From: Styela clava
Lineage: Eukaryota
Direction of reading: 5' to 3'
Assembly (NCBI RefSeq): GCF_964204865.1
Contig: NC_135263.1
Location: forward strand, 10,292,001 to 10,356,000
DNA: 64,000 nucleotides
Shown one piece after another: positions 25,846 to 37,284 of this stretch (within the stretch, counting starts at the first letter, position 1; the number at the start of each line of letters is the position of its first letter). Made by a program: the position numbers and the translations under genes. The notes beneath the pieces were generated by a model that searched no databases, was not told the DNA's origin, and saw only the letters and a program-made list of their open reading frames with translations.

Positions 25846-28800
25846 ATGTTAGCCAAGTGAATATACCCCCTGCCCATATGCTTCAGTCCCTTTACACAAC
25901 TTGATGTAAAGTAGACGAACAAAATTAGTTACCTGCATATTGATACATACACTTCTGGAGCGTTAATAAAACAATAGAGTTTGAAATAGTAAAAACAACG
26001 CTCGTTGCTATAGAATTCCTTAGAAACGACTGGTCGTGAATCCCGGTTGCTAAGATATTGCTGTGAAAATATCAAAATGTCTTTTGTGATGAACTCGTTG
26101 AAAATGTTTGAAAGCATTTTTTAAAAGAGACACGTAAAGCAAATAATAAACATAGGGTTGTATTTTTATATGCAAAAAGGATTATCCGGAAACTCCGAAT
26201 CTGAAGCCACGCGGGGTTTTGTCAATATTCTGATGGTTTTGAGAGGAGCTATAAACCGAGCATAACCTTTCAATTCTTTTGTTGAAGATAAAGAGAATGA
26301 CGAAGTTTGTTATAGAAAGACGACGAAATATTTGAATTGTTGCAGTTCGATATCTTTTTCCTTCAGGTAACGATGATTTTTCCATCGATGTATCTGATCA
26401 AAATATTAAAACTATCCATAATTGTATAGATGTGGTGTGAGTTGTTAGTACAGTATGTTTACTGATATTCGTTTGGCATTTTGCGTTTAGCTTTTTAATT
26501 TTATCGGAGAAAACACTTTTGAAATACAATTTCTCAATAAATTAGTAATTAGAGATACTAATACATTTAGACAATATATTTTTCATTTTGGCACAATGGC
26601 ACAACAAGAAATGGCGAAGCTATCCTATGAAGAAATGGGTAAATAAATGTTTCCTTCGCTAGTTTTGTTTGTAACAAGATTTCGTTTTGCCGTTCACTTG
26701 TTTATTGGAAATAATTTTTAAAATTATTAAAGTACCATTATGATCAGTGAATTAATGAGAAATTGAGTCGTATTGCAAATGGAAAATATTATCCTATTAT
26801 TAACTAGACAAGCGATTTGATGTTACTTATTATTCAATTTATTAAAAAACACATGCATGTTCTTTCCTGAAAGTTTAAGTCTAAAAAATTTGGATGAGTT
26901 GCTTTTATGTCCAAAATGAGATATTTTTACTTTTGATGTTTGGTATATCTTTAATTAATATTTATTCATATTAGTCTTATAAAATAAATCGATTAATATT
27001 TCTTTGAGATAATGGCACTTTACTTAGAACGTTATAAAAAGATTATATCATTTTGTGATTCTTTTTTGTAGATATCGATTCAATTTAACTATATGCTTGC
27101 AACATCTTCTTGGCACAATTTCTTTTTTTTACAACTTTCACACTGATTCAATTGTTTTAACCTGTACTTTGCAAAATCACAGAATGATGTAGCGCCCTGG
27201 GACAATACTCAGGAATAGTTCACAGAGGGATGTACATATATAAAAAATGTTGAAATGTCATCGTTATTTTTAAAAACTTCTATAATTTGTGATATATCTA
27301 CCCAAGGAAAGAATAACATAAAATTGAATAGTAACCTCGATTAATGTTTTTTACAGAGCCATCCTCACCACCGCTGATATATAATAAGAGAAGGAATCAA
27401 ATACATTTGTCGACCTGATATTTTCCCGAATAGTGAATCTGTCTGTACATGTTTAAAAGGTTTATTATTGTGTATTTTTGCTTTGAAAGTAGCAAACCAT
27501 TGTTTTCAATTTCGGACGGCACGCGGAAGAATTTTGTGGTCAAATTTAGACGATTTTGGCACTCGAGACGAAAAATGTTGCCCACCCCTGACCTAGAGTA
27601 ACCCGGTATGTATCACAGCGCAGTGCATTGCTTGTCATATATATGTCAAATGATAATCACAAGTTTCTACTTACTTTAAAAAAATTTTAACCCATTAAAA
27701 ACGATTTATTATAACATACCATAAGTTTGAATAGTTAATCCCGTGAAAAGAGAGGACATTTTGACATTTCAGTGTCCTCTGAGAACGTTGAATTTTTAAC
27801 AAAAGAGAAGGACAAATCCTCCAAAAGAAAGGATGACATATGGTCACCCTATTTATATCAAACTGTTTACCAGGCTTACAAGGTTCTGTAGCGCTCCCAC
27901 GTGTTCGTTGTTTTGATGAATATAATTTACATATGCAACGCTAGTTAATACTGGCTAGGCAGCTTTCATCAGACAGATATTTCGGTTGTAATTTGTATTT
28001 ACAAGTTCATATTTCACTATGATGTGTTATGTCGTGAGTTATTTTCAACGAATATTCCGCAGAACCCTAGTGTTCCGTGAAAGTCGTTCGGGTGTACCGC
28101 GTTAAATTGTTGCTTCGTAATTATTATTTTTTGATTGACATAATGTATGATAACAAAATGTATTATAACGCCAATAAGTACGTATGTTGCGCGGTGATGG
28201 CTGTTTTCATGTGTTGATTTCCGTAACCATGACTGAACAGCAAAATGTTAACAGTACCGAAACAGTAGGAATGTAACCAACATATCAGACACCATTGGGA
28301 AACTCCGTTGTCACTCGAACTGACTCGTTTTCGTACTGTTTTTTACTTGTGTTTCCAGAATTTAGGTTAGGATCAAGTGAATAAGATGGACTTCATCAGT
28401 CATTTTTTGTATGAAAGCGTTTGCTCAAGTGGTTAGAGCGAGGGAGCCTAAGTTTAGTTGAAGTAACGTATTTAAAAAACGATCACAAAAACGGATAGAG
28501 GCCGCGATAGGCCAGACTAAAATTAGCTTTCAATACTTTTTATCGGCAGCTGCTTAAATACATTTTAAACAATATGGTGGGTTTTGAGATTCAAAATATG
28601 TTTATGCGCCAGCTCACAGAAAATATCATTAACAAAAGCACTATAAATTCTTCCTACTAATCGCATATTTTTCAGAACAAATTTTTTATTACTGCAAATA
28701 AAAAAACTTGGAAGACAAAAAGACCATCGGATTATTTTTATTCCTACCCTAAAATTTAGAAGCAGGACTAGAAGCACGGATCAGAGAACACGTCGAACAC

Positions 28801-29170
28801 GTCTAGTTGAAATTAATTCATCGTGCAAAAGATTTTCCCTCAAATGAAAACAACCCCAGATTGTGTCATTGACACATATCTTATTTCACAAAGAAAGCTA
28901 TTTCAATTCGATAATTTGCTTTATCTCTTAACGTCTATCGGATCATATTTGATTATGATTGTTGTTTGCTGGGACATAAAGAAACTTTTGGTTTTTATAT
29001 TTTCACCATTATCACCATTGATCACGTTTTTATAATACAATTTTATGAGAAAACTATACAAAGATCTCGTTACATTTAACACCATTTTTTATATAGAGTT
29101 AAAACATTTTAAAACATTGAAAGTACAAGTCTTCACATTACACACTGGCTATTGACAATATACATAGACA

Positions 29171-29263
29171 TGTTGGGCTTTTATCTGCTTCCCAATCAGT
29201 TTGATTTGTTGCTATTTGTGGAGAAAAAGAAAAAGTAACAATTGTAGAGATGTGTTTGGTTGG
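29171..29263 (+). pseudogene. Orphan BRI3-like terminal-exon relic 1
   Basis: Translates CWAFICFPISLICCYLWRKRKSNNCRDVFGW. The first Cys of the terminal CxxC has become Ser, and no upstream exon 3 or intact exon start is present. Confidence 0.75.
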
Positions 29264-31097
29264 AGTTACAAAAAAAAAAAATTCAAAACAGCATCACTGA
29301 CTCAAACTCTACAGTTTTTGTATGAAACGTTACTTACAGAAAAATCAATTTATCATCGTTGTTACAAATGTATGATTGCAAGACATAAAATTCTCGAAGT
29401 TTCCTAATTTCTTAAATTTTAAAAGTGTTTAATATATTTAAAATTTCACATTCTATTATGCAGTATGTCCAGTTTCCAATTTCGCATGTTCTATTATGCA
29501 GTATGTCCTATTCGAATGGTGGACGGGCAATGTTCCCCATTTCAAACATTCAGTAAAATGCCCACAATGCACCTTCACACCTTAGTCTCAAGTTTCGTAT
29601 CAAATTTTTTACAAATTCGTTCTTAAAATTATAAATAGTCTGGTATATATGTTGGTTTAATTGTGGAGATACTTTTACATAATTGCAAAAATAAATTCCG
29701 ATATCTCTCAAAAGATATGAAACTGGATGAAACACCACTATAATATTTAGCAATGTATATATATACTTATTAAACTAGAATACTAGTGGATACTCATTTG
29801 AGGGCTTTTACCACATTTATCGCTGTTCGAAACTTCAGGGTCTCATTACACAGACCCGCGGGGAGAAATTATTATGTTTCTAAACCCCATTTTGAAAACT
29901 AAGGATAACTGAAATGGGAATTAGAAACCCTAACAAAACATTTCAATCTTTACAATTTGTGAAAATGCGAATTCCAAGAGCTCATATATTGTGGTAAAGT
30001 AGTAAAGTACAGATGGGTGTGTATTGGTTGCCAAGGTATGCTACATAATGGCAAAAACCTCTTTTGTACTTAAAGACTACAGGGGAATTCTATTACAATA
30101 ACACTATACCAAACTTCTTTATTTCTGTAATAGGAATCCGCTACAAAACAAGTCTGGCTTTTATAATAGTATCTCTCATCACTAAATATTTATGAAACTG
30201 TTCTCTCACTGAAAATGAGGATTCAATGGGTTGCGTTGCTATGGCCCACTCAATTTTTTAAGCTAGCTCATATCTGCATCTTCATTTTCAAAGACATCTC
30301 AGGATAGACTTCTTTGCATTTGGAACGAATATTCTTCTTAGAAAATTTTTAGACGATTCTGTTACAAAAATATAGGAAAGCAATGTTTTTTTAATAGATT
30401 TGCTGATTATTAATATTACTGCTGCTTTTTGTTTCAGTTCAATTCAGCTTTATCTGTCAATTTCGATGTAATTACTTGCATCACAGCGTAGAAAGATGGG
30501 ACTGAAACTCAGCCAGTTATTTTTTCTCAATTTTGATTTGATTCACTCTTTTAAAAAGATTAATTTACTCAATATACGTAACGTTTATCATAATTCCAAA
30601 TAACTAAAAGCAACAGATAAATTTTATTTTATTAAAAATTTTTATTTTTGCCTCAGTTCAAAAAAAAAAACATTCCAACTAACTCCCAGAACACGAAGTT
30701 TAAACAATTAGAAGTATGAGCAGATTCCTTACCATCAGTACTTTGATAGGTAATGACATTCGAATAAAATAATTAATCATTTTTTTATTCATAATATATA
30801 TAGAAATTAATAGAAATTTTTATATGAACTTGTCCAAAATTTATAACACTCAAGATATGAACAGTTCTTTTTAAAAAAATTATGTGCGGATGATGGAACA
30901 AAAATGTTCTAAATATTGCTACTTTTTATTCAAAGGGTTAAATTTTAATGCGGTCAAAGCATCTATTGCACTGATCAAATTAATAATGACTCATATATCT
31001 TCATTCTGATTTTTTTTTCAAATAGCAATTTAACTAATTTACTTCCAATAATATACAATTCAGTTGGAGAATTTAACCAAGACAAGGGATTGTGACT

Positions 31098-32609
31098 ATG
31101 GAACCGCAAGGTATTTAATGAAATACCTTTATTTTATTAATTTAAGTAAAATATACATCATCGTGATATCCCGTTTTATTCTTTATACTAATTAACTGGA
31201 ATAAAAGACATCTCAATAAAAACAGTTAAATATGTAGTAATATTTTCTGTAGACATATCATGTTTATAACTCAAATGAATATTTCATTAAAAATTATGTT
31301 AAAAATGTTTGTTAGTTTCTACTTTTACGCCTTATTGTTTTCACTTGTTACAATTTAAACTTAGGTTATTTAGAATGTCATTTCTTTTAGCATAATTATA
31401 ACACTTCACTAACAGTAAATTTACATTTTTTCATTCTTAGACTAGATTTAATGGTATATTGATTCAATGATTTATAATTACACTTCACCTTCAGTAATTT
31501 CACATTTTTTGAATTTTAGTCTAAAATCAAAGATTCGTTCAAATGATGCTTGTTTATTAATGGACTGAAACAATCTTTGTTTTGTGTGGCATATACATGC
31601 ATCCAATATACCCTACACAAGCATCATATTTTTGAACAAAAATAATAATTTTTTTCAAGCAATTCAACTCGTTTTGCACTCTATTCGCGGACGTATCTGC
31701 TTTTGATAATACTTAAATGATCAATTTATTTTTTATTTATTTTTCATGCTGTGTTTGTTAAACTTTCTGATCCGTAATATACATGATTGCCATTTTTTGG
31801 AACTTGGTTGTAACAAAACACATTTTTATTTTGTTAAGCGACAGCTCCGCCAGCGTATGTACCACCACATATAGTTCCAGTTGCAACAGCACCAGCTGCA
31901 TACTCACCTACAGTTGCACCAGTCGCTTATGCACCAGGTATGATTTTTCACAAAGTGTTAGTTTGATTTTGAATTTTTGCTATTCTATCGACTGCAATCG
32001 TACAATGGTCGCCGGGTGCCGAATGTCATGCTCCGTTAGACCAATGATAACTTCTTACGATTTTAGTAAAAATCCTTGAATATCTTTGGGATTTCACTAT
32101 CGTTCGCTTATGTTATATTGTGAAGTCTTCACCGTCCTAAAATGGTCAAGCTACATTATAAGTACCGGTATTCAAATATTATTAGAAAAATATGACGAAG
32201 CGCACGTTGCCGCTTCATTATATTGTCGCTACCCATTACAGACCGAAATTTTTTTTTTGAACAGTTTGCAAGTCTCATTGTTTGTTAAAAAACTGATTCA
32301 GTACAAGTGCATGATTTTCAGGACATATATTTGGATGTTTTTTGTGTTGCATTCTATATACTTTAGTTTTGTACTTGTAGAAATCAAATGAAATAAACTC
32401 AATGTAATAATAAATAAAACAGATTTCAATCATATAAAAGAACATCTAATAGTTCGTACTGAATTTTTTGCTTATAACACAAGCATCCACAAAATCAAAA
32501 ACTCAATTTCAAATATTCTTTAATTTATTAAGCTCCACAGCCAATAATTCAGCAGCAACCGGCTGCTGCTCCTACAATTGTTATCAACCAATCTTCTTCG
32601 ACATCAAAT

Positions 32610-32644
<35 letters not shown>

Positions 32645-33368
32645 GACAGGCGGAAGGCTGTTACTTCGTAGGGGAAAATGCCCCACGTGTGGGTAAGAAG
32701 TTTCAATGTTACATTGTTTCTTTGAATACGGATAGGAACGTAGTCTGGATCAGGCTTGAACTTAAAAAAAATGTCAATACCTCTGGCGTTATAATCATAA
32801 TCAACCACTATTCTAATCTACAATCATTTTGTATCGGTGGAGCCAGTTGGGCATTTGAGGTATGAGTTCAGAGACTTCAATGGATGTCTTTTTTGGGTGC
32901 CAATTCGGGTTTAAAACGTTGAAATTTTGTATATCAATATCTAATAATATTTATTGTAAACAATGGAAAACAAGAGAGCGATGCTCAAATATATAAACAC
33001 GAAGACAAAAACGAAATATTTCACCCCCAATTTCCCCCAAAAATATATCGTGGACGAGGCTGGAACTGTCGACCGTCGTAACTTACTAGTACCAAACGAT
33101 TCGACCCGTAACTGTAGTATTAATTAGTTTACATTACTTCACCTTTTATCATTTACCATTTACCGGTATCAAAAACAATCAATGTGTCTATATTTTATCA
33201 TTGTTTTTTGTTACTATTTATTTATACTATTTTAGAATCGGAAAACTGAAAGGTCACTTCACTCCATGTGGAATATGTTGCGCTGTGTTCTGGTTCCCAG
33301 TTGGCTTGATTTGTTGCTACTTGTGGAGAAAAAAGAAATGTAACAACTGTGGAGATGTATTTGGATAA
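31098..33368 (+). CDS. BRI3: Membrane protein BRI3 (brain protein I3, DUF2367)-like, copy 1 (about 132 aa)
   Basis: Exons 31098-31110, 31845 (or in-frame 31839)-31937, 32533-32692 and 33236-33368 splice in phase. MEPQAPPAYVPP..(Q)12..GKCPTCGIGKLKGHFTPCGICCAVFWFPVGLICCYLWRKKKCNNCGDVFG* matches the BRI3 pattern CPxCxxG..FT..G..FPxGxICC..R..CxNCG. Confidence 0.9.
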
Positions 33369-33562
33369 AATTGGATAAAATTCAAAAATGTTCAAACAAT
33401 ATTTTACACAGCAATACTAACTTGAATCTTTCTGTTTTTGTATGTCATCATTTTATCAACATTGTAAAGATTTATGATTGCAAGATATAGATTTCTGATT
33501 ATTTTGATTTTAAAGTTGTTAAATATATTGATGGTTACAATCGGGCAAAGTATTCGTCACAA

Positions 33563-34004
33563 TATTGGACACGGAATGGACCTATGGATCGTTTTTTTAT
33601 TATGTTGTTGATGTTCTTGTTGGTATATTTCTTATTGTTATGAGAGAAATCGCGTTACCTACTGGACCTATTCAACTAAGTCTTTGAAAATTTCAGCGGT
33701 TGGAGATTTTATTTTGCTAGATGGCTATTACTATTACTTATTTCCGAAAAATCCATGGGATTCGTTTTTGTGTGCGACGAGGTCATAAAAATTGCGCTTT
33801 TTGAGGCGATTCGCTTTCCCGTAAGTTGACGTCAGGTGGTCAGGGGAAATCGTGACGACTGCGGTACTGGTAGTCTGCTGTGATAGATTGCATACCCGTA
33901 GGGATTAGTTTGCAAAGAGATATTTAAAATACTGAGAAACATCCGATGGTGCCTTGTAACTTATTTGTTTTTGTGTGTCCGTCATGGATGCATGAAGCTC
34001 TAGT
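33563..34004. mobile_element. Interspersed repeat with terminal hairpin and (TTG/TTA)n tract, Helentron/HINE-like
   Basis: The terminus tattggacacg.a.tg.a.c.atggatcgttt..ttattatgtt is shared with copies at about 10434 and 21195, and an internal part recurs at about 41905-42010. The far end reads gtgtgtccgtcatggatgcatgaagctctagt, giving a GGACAC/GTGTCC subterminal inversion. No TSD is seen. The superfamily assignment is inference. Confidence 0.55.
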
Positions 34005-35475
34005 CTATTTACAGTCTATTTTCTGAATTTCTCTACTGTTCTTATAGTTTGTACGTTGTACTTACCGATGTCGAGCCGGGGAAGTAATTGAGCATGATAT
34101 TGAGGCTGTAAGTGAAAAATGTAAGCTCACTGACTTTTAGTTATCTGATATTTGATATCAGACTGTTGTTTAATGTTTACCAGTCTTACAAGGTTCTGTA
34201 GCATCCTCATGTGTTCGTTGTTTTGATGAATATAATTTATATATACAACACGGATCGAGGGATGTGTCCCCGACCATCGATTTTCTTGTTTATTTCCGTA
34301 ACAATGACCAATCAGCAGCAAGTCAACAATGACGTAACAATTAGAATTTTTGTTAAATTTTGGCAAGCGGAAGAATTTTGTCTTGAAATTTTGTCTATTT
34401 CGGGACGCGTGGCGAAAAAAGTTCCCCACTCCTGGACTAGACTGAAACGAGCTATTAGTAGTTATTTTTATTAGTCAGTCATTTTTGATCGGTGTTCTAA
34501 TTTATTTTAAAATAATAAATTCGAAAGTCAATGAAAATGTCTGTTGCGTGGTTGTTTTCGCGCCCTAGTGCATTTCAATAACCCTGACTGAACAGCAAAA
34601 TATTAACGGAAATATATCAGTAGGAATATAACCAACATCTTAGACACCATTGGGAAACTCCGTTGTCACTTGAACTGATTTGTTTTCGTAATGTTCTTTA
34701 CTTATGTTTCCAGAATTTATGTATAGATCAAGTGAATAAAATGGACTTCAGCGGTTATTTGTTTTTTTATGGGAGCATTTGCTCATAGGGGGTTAAAGCG
34801 AAGGAGCTTAAGTTTAGTTGAGACTTAAATTAGCCTTCAATATTTTTTTATTGGAAGCTGCTTAAATATTTTTTTTTAAACAATATGGTAGGTTTTAATA
34901 TTCAAAACATTTTTCAATCGACAGCTCACAGAAAATATCATTAAATAAGCACTAAAAATCCGCCGTCCTACTAATCGCATCTTTTTCGGAACTAATTTTT
35001 GATTACTGCAACAAAAACTATCTGGAAGACAAAATGACCATTGAAATATTTTATTTCTATCTAAAATTAAGAAAACAGGACTAGAATCTACTAAATAGAT
35101 CACAGAACACGTTGAACGCATTTCTCGTTGAAATTATTTCATCGCACAAAAGGTTTTTCCTCAAATGTCAACTACCCCACAGTGTGCCATCGAGACATAT
35201 CTGATTTCACAAAGAATTTGAAAGGTATTTAAATTCGATAATTTGCTTCATATCTCAACGTCTATCGGATCATATTGGGTTATGATTGTAGTTTGCTGTG
35301 CCGTGAAGAAACTTTTTTTTTAACATTATCACCATTGATCACGTATTTATAATACAAATTTATGAGAAAACTTTACAGAGATCTCGTCAAATTTTTCATA
35401 TGGAATTGAAACATTTCAAAATATTAAAAGAACAAGTCTTCATGTTATACACTGGTTAATAACAATATACATACT

Positions 35476-35568
35476 TGTTGGGCTTTTATCGTCTTGCTAG
35501 TTGGTTTGATTTGTTGCTATCTGTGGAGAAAGAGAAAAAGTAATAATTGTAGAGATGTGTTTGATTGA
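35476..35568 (+). pseudogene. Orphan BRI3-like terminal-exon relic 2
   Basis: Translates CWAFIVLLVGLICCYLWRKRKSNNCRDVFD*. It has the same Cys-to-Ser change as the 29171 relic and lies at the equivalent position in duplication unit 2. Confidence 0.75.
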
Positions 35569-37284
35569 AGTTACAAAAAAAATTTCAGTACAGCAACACT
35601 GACTCAAACTCTACAGTTTTTGTATAAAACGTTACTTACAGAAAAATCAATTTATCATCGTTGTTACAAATTTATGATTGCAAGACCTAGAATCCTCGAT
35701 ATTTCCCGATTTCTTAAATTTTAAAGTTGTCCAATATATTTAAAATAGCACATTCTATTAATGCAGTATGTCCTATTCGAATGGTAAACGGGCAATGTAT
35801 CATTTCCCCACTTCACACACTTAGTAAAATGCCTACAATGCACTTACACACTTTAGTCTCAAGTTTCGTTTTAAATTTTGTACATACTTGTTTTGTATAT
35901 TATAAATAGTCTGCTTGAAGACTGTAGCAAAAACGGATGATAATATATGTTGATTTATTTGTAAAGATACTTCCACATAATTACACCAATATATTCCAAT
36001 CTCATTCAAAAGATATGAAACTGGACGACTCACTACTTTTATATTTAGCAATGTATTATATGTATGGAACTAGGAAGCGAGTAGATACTCAATTAAAAGC
36101 TTTTATCGCTGTTCGAAACTTCAGAGTCTTAATTCACAGACCCGCGGGGAGTACATAATTATGTTTCTAAACGCCATAAATGAAATGGTAATTAGAAACC
36201 CAACCAAACATTTCAATCTTTACAATTTGTGAAAATCCGAATTCCACGGGTTCATATATTGTGGTAAAGTGCAGATGGGTGTGTATTGGTTGCCAAGGCA
36301 TGCTACATAATGGCGAAAGCCTCTTTTGTACTTAAACACGATATGGGAATTCTATTACAATCACACTATACCTTCTTCTTTTTTGTTATAAGAATCCGCT
36401 ACAAAACAAGTCAATCAATGGGTTGCGTTGCTATGGCCAACTTGATTTTCAAAGACAGCTTATGTTTAGGATTATTCTTAAAAGCTGAATATCTGAATCT
36501 ATATTTTCTTTGCATTTAGAAAGATTTTTTCATAGAAAATTTGTGTACGATTTTGTTGCAAAAATATAGAAAAGCAATCTTGTGTGTTCTTTTTAAAAAG
36601 ATTCGTGGATTATTAATATTACAACAGATGCTTCTTCAAATTATGTTTACCTGCCAGTTTCGATGTAACTACTTTCATCACAGCGTAGAAAGATGGAACT
36701 GAAACTCACTCAGTTATTTTTTCTCAATTTCGATTTGGTTCACTCTTTTAATGAGATTAATTTACTCAATATACCTAACGTTCATCATAAATCAAATAAC
36801 TAAAAGACAATAGATACATTTTATTCTTTCAACTGGCCACTTTTGCTTTAGTTCGCGAAAGACGACATTCCAGCACACGGATTTTAAACAAGTAGAAGCA
36901 ATACCAAGTTTTGTACCATCCATACTTTGATAGATGATATGATTTGAATGAAATAATTAATCAATTTAAAAAATAATTATAATATGAAGGTTAATAGAAA
37001 TTTTTTTATGAACTTGTAAAAATTTATAACACTCAAGATATGAAAAGCACTTTTTATAAAAAAATATGTGTGGCTACTGGAACTAAAATGTTTTTAAATA
37101 TTTATCCTTTGTATTCAAATGGAATTTTATCTTAATGGTGTCAAGGTATCTGGTCAAGTTAATATTGACCGACACATATTCATTTTGATTTTTTTTTAAA
37201 TAGCAAAGCAATTTAACTAATTTACTTCTAATAATATACAATCCAATCGAAGAAATTAATTAACGAAGACAAGGGATTGTAAAT

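Noticed and set aside
28417-28460. tRNA gene (gcgtttgctcaagtggttagagcg, A-box/D-arm-like)
   Set aside because: No T-arm/B-box or acceptor stem follows, and the duplicate at about 34775 is further degraded. At most a tRNA-derived SINE head remnant.
29171-35568. The orphan BRI3 terminal exons as alternative last exons of functional genes
   Set aside because: Both lack the exon's 5' part (IGxLKxHFT) and a phase-compatible acceptor, and both have lost a Cys of the terminal CxxC.
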